Origin: Oikopleura dioica
Taxonomy: Eukaryota; Animalia; Chordata
Assembly (NCBI GenBank): GCA_907165135.1
Contig: OU015568.1
Coordinates: 15,201,208 to 15,265,207, forward strand
Length of the DNA: 64,000 bases
Direction of reading: 5' to 3'
The position numbers were made by a program, and so were the translations under genes. The notes under the pieces were generated by a model, which was given only the letters and a program-made list of their open reading frames with translations, did no database searches and was not told the origin of the DNA. This document shows, one piece after another, positions 25,345-38,273 of this stretch (positions are counted from its first letter, which is position 1; every line of letters starts with the position of its first letter).

Positions 25345-26620
25345 ATGTCAGCCGCGGCAGGAAGTTCCACGGTAAGCAACAAGAAAGAAATTGTACGTAC
25401 TAACAAGTGTGAGTTGTGGTGTTTTCGAGGTGATTTTCTTGCTCTTTTCTTCGTGCTTATCCTTTCATAGTTCTGGTGATCCATATTTCTCTGAGATTTC
25501 TGGTAATTTCGGACGGCTTTTATGATCGAGGAATAGACAGATTTCTCCAAATTGCCAGAAATATCGACCTTGATTCAAACAGATTCCACGAAACTGTTGT
25601 TTTCCATCATCATTCTCATCTTGAAAGTAATCTTCAGCCAACATCAGTCGCCGCCCAGAAAGCATACGACTATCTCTTCAAACTGTTGCTAATTGGCGAT
25701 TCTGGCGTCGGGAAGACCTGCTTACTATTCCGTTTCGCAGAGAACTCGTTCAATCCGACATTCATTTCCACCATCGGGATTGATTTCAAAATTCAAACGG
25801 TTGAAATTGACGGGAAGGTACGTTTATCTTTATTGAGGCTGTAAAGTGGATTGAAAATTTTCATTTGCAATTTTAAAGAGGATAAAGCTGCAAGTTTGGG
25901 ACACTGCTGGACAGGAACGATTCCGAACAATCACTACTGCTTATTACCGAGGAGCAATGGGCATCCTCTTGGTGTACGATGTCACATCAAAGAAGACTTT
26001 TGACAATATAACGAATTGGCTCAAGAACATTGAAGAACATGCAGCTGAAGGTGTTGAGCAGCTTCTTGTTGCAAACAAGGTAGAAAAAAGAACACATCCA
26101 TCATCTGGTTGTTAAAAATGATCAATGATTGGTATAGTTAATCGTTAACCGGAAGGCAGTTAAAATCAGTGACTGTTGATCAAGAATTTAATGAGATCTT
26201 CAATGAGAAAGTCAGAGTTTTATTACAGACTAATCTTTGATCATAAAATCAATCCGTACTTTCACGATTTCCAGATGTTTATTGATGAATCCGATTTAAA
26301 AGGATATCAGGCTCTTTTAAAAAGAGGTTGCTTTCAGGGTCCCTAAAGTCTATTTTCAGTGTGACCAGGAAGATAAGCGCGTTATCAGCGAGGAGCAAGG
26401 GCAGCTGCTGGCGGTGCACCACGGTATCGATTTTATCGAATGCTCAGCGATGAGCGGGGAGAACGTTCGCGAGGCATTTTACCGAATGGCCCGACGCGTG
26501 AAAACGAAGCATGAGTCGAAAGAATCGGCGCAAAGGGCGGACGGCAGCAAATCGGTGAAGATCCTCTCTGATCCCGGATCGCCATCGCCCCTGGGCAAAA
26601 GCCTTGGCAATTGCTGCTGA
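25345..26620 (+). CDS. RAB8/RAB10-like: Rab8/Rab10/Rab13-subfamily small GTPase (4 exons)
   Basis: [54 protein letters not shown]|CD, ECSA and a terminal CC prenylation motif. Exon 1 (MSAAAGSST, 25345-25371) splices in frame to 25638. Confidence 0.95.
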
Positions 26621-27131
26621 CAATGATTTGGCGCTGCTTTCCAATCCTATCTCTGTGCGAACCAAAAACACACACACTCTCCTCCCGTGTAAAAATTATT
26701 TTCACCAAGAAAAATATACAGATAATTTCTTTTATTTCTTGAGATTAAGTTCGTATTTTCAAATACCTGCAACAAGTAACATGTGTAGAAACGTGCCTTT
26801 GCGAGAATATACAGTTTAAATGACCTGTTTTTTTATTTTCTTTGCTGTTTATTTATGCTAATGACCTAGAGTTTTATGTACTAAACTGATCTCAATACTA
26901 TAAATTCCTCATGACGGCAGCCTATCCAAGCATGCCTTTTTCCCTATCTTACCTTATCAAATCCCAAAGATCTGAAAATACAGTTACTCAACAGTTATAA
27001 AATTTATTTTCGATCTTAGCATGTCAAATTTACTATTTTTTCCTTCATCTAGTTCCATCCGTTTTTTCTTCTTTTGTAAAAGACCTGAATAGACAACAGC
27101 CCAACAGTTGGATTGCAAAGGTTTTGTAAGA

Positions 27132-28669
27132 ATGATTCTAAGGAGACTTTCAAGAATGGTACAGAAGAAGATAGGAACGCACAACGGTCATTTTCACGCT
27201 GATGAAGTTTTAGCTTGTGTTTTATTGGTGAGAAATCAAGAAGCAATGGGAGATATTAATTGTTGAATTCTAGCGTCAATTGCCAGAGTACAAGGATGCC
27301 GAAATCGTCCGTAGTCGTAACCCAGCCGATCTCGAGCCCTGCGACATCGTCGTCGACGTCGGAGCAGTATTTGACCCCGAAAGACAACGATTCGATCACC
27401 ATCAACGAGAATTCACCGAAACAATGAAGTCGTTGAAGATTCTCGACTACGAAACAAAGCTCAGTTCCGCCGGCCTCGTCTATGCTTACTACGGAAAGGC
27501 TGTGATAAGCGCCATCACTGGGATCCCGAAAGAATCGCAAGATATGGCCGTTTTGTACGAAAAGGTGAGAAGCGAAAGCTCAATAGTCGAGGTGATAGTT
27601 TTATTCCTTATTTTTGGGGCAAATACAGCCCGTCGTCGATTGAGGACAAAAACAACAGGTCATAAAACGTGATTTGCCTTATGCGAGTTTCATTTATGCT
27701 CCCCGATCTTAACGAGAGTAAATATTTACACCGGTTGAGGATTGTAGAGCAGAATTTCCTATCTCTATCCTTATCGTTTTAGATGTACGCCAAATTCGTT
27801 GAAGAGTACGACGGCATTGACAATGGTGTGAATCAATTTGACGGGGAACCGCGGTACCACATTACTTCTACCGTTAGTGCCCGGGTCGGGCGATGCAACC
27901 CTAGATGGAATGAAGATCAGGAAAGTGTTGCTCAATTATTTTTTATGAACAAACAATTTTGAACGAAAAATTTTCGAACTTAAAGTTCAGTTTGATAAAT
28001 TGAGAATAAAAATTGCAACACCGGGAAACAGTCGCCAGCGGCGGAGCGCGCGGGCTTCGGTTTGTCAAATATTTTGATTTCATCCCTTTTAAATCAAATA
28101 TCTCTTCAATAGAGAAGGCGATGCAAATAGTAGAGGGCGAGTTGCGCGACGCGCTGGACGGGTACGTCAAGTCGTGGATGCCTGCGCGGGCGATCGTCAA
28201 GGAAGCGATAGAAGAGCGTAAAAAGCACGACCCCGAGGGGAGATTGTTGAAATTCCCCAAGGGAGGACTCCCCTGGAAGTCACACTTGTTTGAGATGGAG
28301 AAAGGAAACGGGTCATTGTTTATTTCACCCTGAGAACAGCGAAAAAGGAAAGAGAAATTTAACAAAATTGGGAAGAAATGATTGTCTGGCAAAAATGACC
28401 TGTCCAAAGAAATGAAGATCGAAGGTCAAATTCTTTACGTAGTTTATCAAAGCAAGCCCGAGGACTGGCGAATCCAGTGCGTATCAGAATCAGAGGGTAG
28501 CTTCAAAAACCGAAAGACACTGCCCGAAGCCTGGCTTGGAGTGCGCGATCAAGCTCTAAATGAGCTCACCGGATTATCCGACTGTACATTTGTGCACGCA
28601 AACGGTTTCATTGGCGGTGCCAAATCCGAAGCTTCTGTTATGAAGATGGCCGAAATGGCTCTTCAGTGA
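27132..28669 (+). CDS. MYG1: MYG1 exonuclease (DHH family)
   Basis: IGTHNGHFHADEVLAC, DIVVDVGAVFD...RFDHHQREF, KLSSAGLVY, GGLPWKSHL and CTFVHANGFIGG. Confidence 0.97.
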
Positions 28670-28845
28670 AGACATATTTTTAGGTTAATTCTTTTTGTTC
28701 AGGACTGATAAAATACACTCAGATCACTGCCTGCAGGCGAGAAAGAGCAGCCAACTTAAATTGTAAATTTAGACTGTGCCAAAACATGGCCTATTTGTAA
28801 ATATATCGGTGAACACAATCGGATTGTAAATAAAAATTGGTCACC

Positions 28846-31386
28846 ATGGTGAGTGGTCCGCTTCAAGGACTAACGCAGCAGCTTGCATCAACCACACTCC
28901 AGGTAGAAAAAGAATTAGTAAAAATGAAAATTTATGAATGCTAATTTAGGATGAGAACGAAGAGACTCCGGGAGGAGGAGCGGCAGGCATCTGGAGCAGT
29001 AATGACGGAACAGGACCATCGGCGCCTGTTGGCATGAACAATACGCCACGATTGTCGATAGGTGGACGGGAGCACTGGCCTGCTCCTTCTGTCGACCCAT
29101 CGGCAATCGCGCCAGGCGGCAGTGCTTGGGCAACAGATCAGCCAACAACGTCCACTGGACCCTGGGCCACGCCGGGCGGTCAGATTGGGGCACTTGGAGA
29201 GGGGAGACTCAATCCAGACCTAGCTGCCGCTTGGAATACAAGTCTTAATCAGATCTCTGGTAATAAAAAATCCCCTACCCATTTCCTAAAAGAATTTAGG
29301 TTCTGACGATAAATTTGCCGATAATCAGAATCCACTTCCATCCACTCTAACGAGTACGCCGATGATTTCGACACCTCTCAGCGTCGCTGACCCTACTCTG
29401 CAGCTTCTTCAACAGCAGCAGATGCTACAGAATGGGATGAACGATCCATTGAGTGTAAATCAGATGGCTCTAGCGCAGCAAATGGCCAGTCTTCAGATGC
29501 AGCAACAACTTTTGCAGCAGCAGTTCACTTATCCGGTAAGACAAAAGGAAAGAAAACATCCGCTCAAAAGCAATTCTAGAATGCAGCCGGTCTTCAAGGA
29601 GGCATGAGCCTTCCGCAAATGCAAGTTCCACAGGGATTCCCGAACCTTGGCAATCAACTCAGTGGTCTTGCCGGCCAAAACAACCTCCTGGACGCGGGTA
29701 GAAGTGGTCTAGGTTCAGGCGATGACGATCTGCTAGCAAGATACAATGAAAAGCTGCGCGCACAAGCTCTCATGCAGACGCAAGCACTGCAAAATCAAGC
29801 GCTTATGGGTGCTGGAGGTAAGCTTTCAACAGAAAAGACATGTAATTACGTCTTTTGAAGGACTGTACAATCCGATGAGCGGTCTCGGTGCATTCACCAA
29901 CGATCTTGGTGGAGCACTCACGCGCCGCGACTCCCTCGCCTCTGACTACAAGAACATCCTTGGTCAACCGCTGCGTACGCCCGGCAATTATCAGGGAATG
30001 AACCCTCTTCAGGGTCTCAACAACGCTCTGGGCACTGTTTCCCCGCCAGGAATGGGAAACAACGGTCTTCTTGGCCCTTCATTTGGTCGAAACACATCAT
30101 TCAACTCGTCAGCCTCAAGTCTTGGTATGAACGCAAATGGTGCACTTGGTAAGATAAGCTAGAACTTGGCGTTAAAACTTTCCTTTAGCTGGCAACTTTG
30201 GACTTGGTGCATTCCAAAGCTCCTCGCGGATCTCGTTCGAATCAATGTCTGATCGCTCCAAGCTACTTGAAGACTTCCGAAACAATAAACTGCCCAATCC
30301 ACAGCTTCGCGACTTGGTCAACCACATGGTTGAGTTTTCTCAGGACCAGCATGGCTCGCGCTTCATTCAGCAGAAGCTAGAACGGTGCACACCAGCTGAT
30401 CGCGAGCTCGTTTTCAATGAAATCCTTTCCTCTTCCTATAACTTGATAATCGATGTGTTTGGCAATTATGTAATCCAAAAATTCTTGGAATTCGGCTCCG
30501 TCGAGCAGCGCGTGCAGCTCCTCAACTCGATAAAAGGACATGTTCTGCAGCTATCGTTGCAAATGTATGGCTGCAGAGTTATTCAGAAGGGATTAGAAGC
30601 GTTTTCGCATCTACCGGAACATCAGATCGAAATTGTAAAGGAGCTTGAAGGCCATGTTCTCAAGGTAAAGTGCAAGGAATTTTCTTGTTTTGAGAGTGTT
30701 TAGTGCGTGAAAGATCAAAATGGTAACCACGTCGTGCAAAAAGTGATTGAGTGTGTTCCTCCTGAGCATCTAAATTTCATTGTCGACGCGTTCGCTGGTC
30801 AAGTCTACCAGTTGAGCACCCACCCTTATGGCTGCAGAGTTATCCAAAGGATTTTGGAGCACTGTGATCAGGATCAAACCGCTCAGATTCTGGATGAAAT
30901 TCATCCACAAACGGAGCAACTAACGATGGATCAGTATGGAAACTACGTTGTCCAGCACATTCTTGAACATGGCCGCGTAGACGACAAGACGAAGATCACG
31001 TCAGAGATGCGAGGACGAGTGGTTCAGCTGGCGCAGCACAAATTTGCTTCAAATGTCATCGAGAAGTGCGTCACATCAAGCTCAAGAACGACTAGAGCGT
31101 TGATGATTGATGAAGTGTGCGGCTCTAGCGAGGCGTTGTTTACGATGATGAAGGACCAATACGCCAACTATGTCGTCCAGAAAATGCTTGACATTGCCGA
31201 TATGCCACAAAAACGCAAACTTATCAGGTAAATAAGACCAACTTTGATCCATATCTAACATTCAATAGCCAAATGAAGCCTCACATCAATAACCTGAAGC
31301 GATACACGTACGGCAAGCACATCATCACCAAGTTGGACAAGCTCGTCAACGAGCAAAACATGAAGAACATGAATGGGATGAACTAA
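28846..31386 (+). CDS. PUM1/PUM2: Pumilio (PUF) RNA-binding protein with a Q-rich N-terminus
   Basis: [90 protein letters not shown] and [11 protein letters not shown] give 8 PUF repeats. The start codon is uncertain. Confidence 0.97.
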
Positions 31387-31456
31387 CAGCTCCCTGGTAG
31401 TCGACAAGCAATGCCCGTCCTGCGCGAAAATATACAACTTTTGAATTCATTCCGAA

Positions 31457-31471
31457 TGTAAATTGTACATA
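31457..31471 (+). promoter_or_regulatory. Candidate Pumilio response element in the Pumilio 3' UTR
   Basis: TGTACATA (31464-71) matches UGUAHAUA and overlaps the near-match TGTAAATT (31457-64), about 70 nt after the stop codon. Confidence 0.4.
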
Positions 31472-32520
31472 CCATTATACATATGGTCATTTACCGCTAG
31501 TAATCTTCTTACCGCTGGCCACGTAAGGAATTCAAAAACGAACTACGTATCCGACCCAATCTCCCTTGAAAACATCACTGTTGTATATTTTTTGTCACTT
31601 AAATTTACACTAGTTCTATAAAGTACTAAAACGTTATTCCAACCCTGATAATCGACGTTCTTTTATATACTACCGAAATGTCATTTCAACTTGTATTTAT
31701 CAGATAGCCGAGAAAGTCCAGAACTGACCATAAAACACCAAACGGTTAATCTCTTTCCTTTCAATCCGTTTTGGCGGATCAATTCATATATCGCTCATTA
31801 TCGAACTCTTGACGTTCTTTTCAAGCAATGCACAGTTCGATTACTGTATTGCTATACTGATCTAAATCTCTTTTTCTAATCTCTTGATATATACGATACA
31901 TATATTATATCCATGCATATCAACTATGAATCTATAGTAGTCTGCTATTTGTACTCTAAAAGGGGGTGCAGTTTCCTCTCGATTTGCTGGACAGCGAACT
32001 TCTCTGTCCCATCCGGGATATGGTCCCATTTCCCGACCCTTTGTAAACTTGTAGAATTGAATCAGCTGGCAGCCACCTCACACGCTGTCCTGCAAAATTT
32101 CACCGAGGAAACGACACCCTTTCTGTTTCTGTTTTATTTTATTCATATTTTTGTTATTTACCAATCTTGTTTCTACAAAGTATATAAAACCCATCGGATT
32201 GATTCCTTCTTTAGTGCAATTTAAAATCGCGCCAAAAACAGGCAATCCCGCCAATCCCTTCCATGGTCGGAATAAATAATTCATGTCGAATCTATATCGC
32301 TGTGTTTAAATATCATACTCTTCCATATTTTTAAATATGACATTTGCTTAAAATTCATTTTGAAAAAAAAACAGTATTTACATTTTTTAAAGCAACTTCT
32401 TACAAATCCTTACTTACGAATACCTGTAGTCAATATCAGTATCACCCGACACGTTTAGGCACGCACCGCCAGGCTTTTTCTATCTTTTCACCTTTATCGC
32501 TTTTAATTTCACAGTTACAC

Positions 32521-33476
32521 CAGGGTTGCCCAATCGGACAAAAAATCTTGGTCTCGGCGATCCGATTCCGATCCGATCCGATTCGAACCTCGTCCGATCC
32601 GACCGATTTCCGATCCGATTTTTCGGATTCCGATTAAAGTTCAAGTCCGATCGGACAATTTTCCGATCGGAAAAATATTCGAAAATTTTCAAGTTAAAAT
32701 TTCAATTTAAACTATTGAGTATGAAGAAAAAACTCGAAAATATCAAGTTCTTTCGCTAAAAACGCCCCTCTAACCATTTAACGTCTTATTTCTATGAAAA
32801 TTTATGGATAATTTTGGGTTTTCGGGGGCGTGGATCGGCAACATGTGTACAAAACCTTTAAGGGTCCTGAAAGAGCTTTCATAATAGCCGCCTAGGCGCT
32901 AGAGTTTCCAAGAAACGAAGCAACAAATGGCTTTCGCAAAAATAACCATCTCAATGGTTGACATTCTCAATCTAACACTAAATCACTGTGACCAAGGTTT
33001 TATTTATAGATACTATTCAGAGATAATATTGAGTTTTCGCTGGCTTGGATCAGCAACCTAAGTTCATAACTTTTCAAATAGCCTTCGCAGAAATAACCAA
33101 TGGTAGTTTTGAGATGTCCCAATGATTGAGATTCTCAGTCAACGTGATGATTACCCGTGATGGAGGTTTTGGTCGCAGTTTGCCGGGCCCGGGGATCAAA
33201 GACGTAATTAAGTTCTTTTTGAGATAAAAATGCCTAAAAATTGGTGAATTTACAGAAATATTACTTTTTATAAGTATATATTAGTGGTTTTTGAATGAAT
33301 GGACCCGACTTTTTTACCTATTTTCCGATCGGATTATCGGATCCGATTTTACCGATCGAAACCGATTTTACCGATCGGACAAGACCAAATTTTCGTTGCC
33401 TCGTCCGACCGATTACCGATCCGATCCGATCGGAATCGGATTTCCGATCGGATTCCTATCCGTTTGGGCAACCCTG
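32521..33476. mobile_element. Non-autonomous hAT-like DNA transposon (956 bp) with CCGAT/ATCGG-rich subterminal regions
   Basis: 18-bp TIRs CAGGGTTGCCCAATCGGA / TCCGTTTGGGCAACCCTG (1 mismatch). A direct repeat GTTACAC flanks both ends (32514-32520 and 33477-33483). No transposase ORF. Confidence 0.85.
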
Positions 33477-34710
33477 GTTACACCTACATACATTCAGTAT
33501 ACTCCTTATCAAACTCCTGGCAACTAAGGATCTTCCTTGTTCATTTTAATTTCGCAGTTGAAGTTTAACTCGACAAGAAATGTCTTTTTGCCGCATTTAC
33601 TTAACTAAGACAGGAAACAGCACAATGTAAATTTCACACTTACAAATTATCTGCCAGGACATTACTGCCAATAACTGAAAAGAACTGCCCAAATGTATAA
33701 ATCACTATCAATTAATTAAAGTCGACAAAACTCGAATGCGCCCACCAACGACCTCGCGTATAATTCTTTGAACATTTCTCTCTGAACAATACTAGCACGA
33801 CTTTAGCGTCTCCTACACATACTGTAATGTTTCCTGTAAATTCTGGCCGTCGGATTTTCGCTTATATATACTTAACTGTAACATATTGAAAATCGTCGGC
33901 ATCACTTAATAGCACTTAACAAAGACCCCTAATTAGCAATAGGAAAGAGCCTCCTATTCGGCCTTTTGTATAACTGACGAGATTGGCAAGTTATTGATAA
34001 AACTTATTATTCAATAATAAGTTTTATTCCAATAACCCATTTTCTTCAGTAATTCTCATTTCAATTGTCGGCTGTAAATTTCAGTCCATTTTTGCTTTAC
34101 ATCTACTGCTATTTGTACGCATACAGTAGTATGGCAATACTACTGTATTAAGTTACGCTACCGTTACAAATAGCAAATGAGGTGTAAGAAAAAGCGGACT
34201 CCGACACACTACCACCCTCGCTTTGTAAACTTGTGGGACCCTGGGGAAAGATAAAATTTTGGTTAAATTCTTGCTACTTTAATATTAGCACCTGCGAGGC
34301 TCTCTTTTGTAAATTTTGTATTAAAATCATCTTCCAGCTGCTGCTCGATCGGAGAAATCTGTCGGAGCAGAACTCGCTGCGAGGAACTACTGTCCTTTAT
34401 CCCTCTTCTAACGCTGGTCGGTGCGTTTAAGCCAGCAAAGATCGGGAAAATCACCAAAAAAGTTACTTTTCTCCTATATAACCTTCCTTCGACGTCTATT
34501 CCTTTCATTATTTTCGTCATTGATTTCAACTCCTATTCAACTTACCTTACCCTCTCCATGACTTTAATACCTTTACGACGTCCACTTGTAAATCAAGCAG
34601 CCTTTTTATCATAAACGAATGGTGATGAAACCTATTAGAAATAAACTGTTGCAAAACAAACAAAAAAAAAGAATCAATTCGATTGTTAACAATGTTCCTT
34701 TTTGTTCAGC

Positions 34711-35458
34711 ATGTCGCAGCCGAATCATTCGAATCCGAATCCACAAGTGTCGCAGGGTAATATTCAGTACGTTTCACAAAATCAGGTACTAAAGATCACT
34801 CTTTCCATGCATGTGTTGATTAAATAATCAGGTGAACACGACAATCCGCAATGTGCAGCCGGTTACGTCGATGACAACTCCTAGCACTGGGCCGACACAA
34901 ATGGTGTACATGACGAATCCGACAAACGCGCGGCTAGTGCAGCCAGGCGGCCAAATGGTCCGAATCGTGCGCCCGAACTACCCGATGAGCCGCCCGATTC
35001 AACGCCCCTATACTTCACAAGGTTCGCACCATTCCCTAGCTAAATAAAAGTACGCGAATAATCAAAGGACAATCAATCGTCAACAGCGAGGAAACCACCA
35101 AGCTAATGCCCAAATCAAAGATGCAGGCGCTCGCACGCGACGTTGAGCAAAACTCAATCCTGGAAGACGACGTCATGGAGCTGCTCCATCGCCTGGCAGA
35201 AGACTTCGTCGAAAACGTCGTTTCCGGATCGTGCACTTTGGCCAAGCATAGACGCTGCACTACACTAGGTTCAATAATAAACAATCGAACTTCTTCTAAT
35301 GCCGATTTTCAGATGTTCAAGACGTAAAATTAGCTTTGTACAAAAACTGGCAAATGCAAATCCCAGGCTTCACAGTCGAGGATTCCAAAAATCGAAAGAG
35401 CACCGGCGAGGCGCACAAGCAACGCATGCAGCTCATCCGCAAGACTCTGAAAAGATGA
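34711..35458 (+). CDS. TAF12: TFIID subunit 12 (histone fold)
   Basis: KSKMQALARDVEQNSILEDDVMELLHRLAEDFVENVVSGSCTLAKHRRCTTL|DVQDVKLALYKNWQMQIPGF...EAHKQRMQLIRKTLKR*. Confidence 0.95.
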
Positions 35459-35743
35459 GAAGCTCTCCTGTCCATAATTAACTACTCTTCGCTTCACTAT
35501 CACATTGGCTAAAACTTCAATCTGGTAGTCCATTATTATTTCCTTATTTTCGCTGCCACTTTTTGTTCAATAAATTTTAAAAGCAAAATCACCTTTTACG
35601 AAAAGTTATTAGCGATTTAATCTGTCGCTAATGATTTTTCGTCCAAATAATACAAACAGCAGTCACTCGTTTTTTACTTGCAGGTTGCAAAAATTTGAAT
35701 GAATGGAAAGAACGATTCTGATATAAAAATGCGCGATTATAGA

Positions 35744-36366
35744 ATGCGTTTTACTTTGATAAATCGAGTTCGGTTTTCGCCAAGATTGCTCTCTGAAGGA
35801 ACTCAGAGGGTGTGGACGACGGCAGAGATGCATACGATTTTAGGCTCGTCGCCGAAAACGACGCCAGAAGAGTTGAGAGAATTGTACCTCGCTCGTGTTA
35901 GAGAAATTCACCCCGATACGGCTACAGAAACCCCTACTATTGCCCTGAATGAGCTTAGAGGTTCACTTTACTTGCGTTCTTTGTTGAATCAAAATTTATG
36001 TAGATATTTACGATAAACTCTTGGAAGCAAAAATCGAAGCGGACGAGAAATCGCCAACTTTGACCATTGAAGACTATCGCGCTGAAAAGCACTTGCAAAA
36101 GCCGACAATGCAGAAGTTTTTATATTCCAACGCCTTTCGCTTTATCATTTTCATCCCCTTGTTTGTGATTTTGACGGAGAATGCGTGGGACGTTGCTACA
36201 GGTAAATTTCTTGCGCTGTGAAATTCTAACTGGGAAAATAATAGATCGAGAAGGAAGAAATCAACGGGCAGTAGCCGAGCGTGAAAATATTCTTTATGCC
36301 AGAGCGCTTCAAGAGTATAAAACGGAGCTAGCTATGCGAGAAGCTGCGGAAACTCAAGCTGCGTAA
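35744..36366 (+). CDS. Small J-domain protein with a putative mitochondrial presequence and a TM segment (DNAJC4/DNAJC30-like)
   Basis: ILGSSPKTTPEELRELYLARVREIHPD contains the HPD motif. The N-terminus is Arg-rich and there is a hydrophobic segment FRFIIFIPLFVIL. Two in-frame GT-AG introns. Confidence 0.65.
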
Positions 36367-36426
36367 TTCTTATTTTGTGAACAATTCGATCTTTCAGATT
36401 TGAAAAGGAGAGATTTGATTTTCAGA

Positions 36427-36823
36427 ATGGGGCGGAAGAAAAAGGCTGAAAACGGGGAATTGAATGTTGGTACGAGTGGAAGTGCGGCTGTTGCTGAAGT
36501 TAAGCCGCTGTCGACTGACTCGGATGACGACCAAACTTATGAGGTTCATTCTATTTTCGAACTTGTCTTCAATAAATGAAAAACTAGGTGCACTCAATCA
36601 TTGCTTCGCGCATGACTGAAGCAGGTAGACTCTTTCTGGTGAAATGGGAGGGTTTTACAGACGAAGACAACTCATGGGAGCCCGAAGACAATCTTACTGG
36701 ATCGATTGACAAAGTAAAGGACTACATGGCCTTGCGCAAAAGTGACAACTTCAATCAAAATTATTACTAAACGGAAATTCAGGTTGGATGTCAAAAATGC
36801 CTGCATCGAAGAAGATTAGCTAA
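36427..36823 (+). CDS. Chromodomain-only protein (~100 aa, 3 exons)
   Basis: Spliced product DDQTYE|VHSIIASRMTEAGRLFLVKWEGFTDEDNSWEPEDNL is a canonical chromodomain. There is no chromoshadow domain. Confidence 0.85.
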
Positions 36824-37110
36824 AGCTTCAAGCTGATAAATGAACGAGAAAAACTGTTGAACATTGGATGAGCTTTGTTCCAGTTCAGTTATAATTTATC
36901 GTAATAACCTGCCATTTTGAAAATAAAGTCACTCAAAAAGCAAAGAGCCGAAGCGCGCCTTAGTTAAGCCACGTGGCCCTGACTTGCAAAGTGCTGGAAA
37001 AAAGGCGTTCCAAGAGTATGATGTCTGCCTGAGTCGAGACTTTTTAGAGCATGAACAATCGGCGATTCAATTTGCAAGATGAAGTTAATGGGGAGGAGAA
37101 TCGTGAAAGA

Positions 37111-38080
37111 ATGGGAGCTGGAGTTTTTATGCTGATTTTATTAGGAAAGGGTTTTTCATTTTTCAGACCTTTCTTCGTCAAATTTGATGAATTTTCCTTG
37201 TTTTGAAAGAATTTATAAGAAAATTTCTCAAAAACTGAAAGACCCTCAATTCGAAGCGATCCCACTACAATATCTTATGTCGGAAAATTATGGCGTTGCG
37301 GTGAATCAACGGAACATGCAATCGCTACAACTCGTCACGGGCGCGACGCATTTTGCCAAAACATGGCTAGATCCATCAAAATGGGAAAAGCGCTTCGCAG
37401 AGTTTCAAGATTACATTGACAAGCTGGCCGATGAGTTGGAGGAGAAACAGAAAAAGATCAAAAACGCAAAGAAGAGCTTTAGTAAAGGTTGTTTATAATC
37501 CTCTTTGAACAAAATTTTAAGGGGAATTTCAGAGGGGGAAACACCAGCACATGAAGTCATTTCATATCTTGGTCAGAATATGGGATACTATGCGCATTCC
37601 ACGAGAGTGAGAGAGAGAAAACAACTGATTCGATATCGAGTGGGGCAAACTTTCCAACACAAGAATCTGGGCTATTATGGCGTAATTGTCGGCTGGGATG
37701 AGACCTGCAGAGCGCCACCAACATGGCAGCAACAAATGCTTGGATCAAAGTAACGAGAAACTCTCCAAAACTTTCCTTTGTAATTAAATTTAGCTGGAAA
37801 GAAAAGTGCAAACAACCGTTTTACGCGGTGCTCACCAGCTCGGGTGACTCACGATATGTCATGGAAGAAAACATCAAATTGATTAGTGGTACGGCTCCCA
37901 TCCACTCGTAAAAATATTGATCACATTTCAGGCAACACAAAGATGACAAATTCACAGCAGTTGTTCGAGTTCCTAGTGGAGAGAAATAAAAGAATCGAAG
38001 ACTACATGGACGCGTATGATGTTGCTGGTAGCAGATTTATGCCAAGACCGGCAGTTGACGCGCTGTATCCTGACGACTAG
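37111..38080 (+). CDS. YccV/HspQ-like (hemimethylated-DNA-binding-like) domain protein, FBXO21-C-terminal-like, with an N-terminal hydrophobic segment
   Basis: YRVGQTFQHKNLGYYGVIVGWD, QPFYAVL...SRYVMEENI and a C-terminal LYPDD*. Confidence 0.8.
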
Positions 38081-38273
38081 ACCAAGTTACGAAGTTACTC
38101 TTCGTTTTTACTTTTATTACCTGCCGCGAGTTTAAAATTGGTTTTGTGCAATAATAGTGATCCCTATCATTTTCGAATGTCTTCTCTCCAACCGCAATGC
38201 TTCAATCTACAGTTCAACTATCTGTATTAAAGATTCCCTCTGACCTTATTCAAGTTCAACTTTTTCAGATGGG

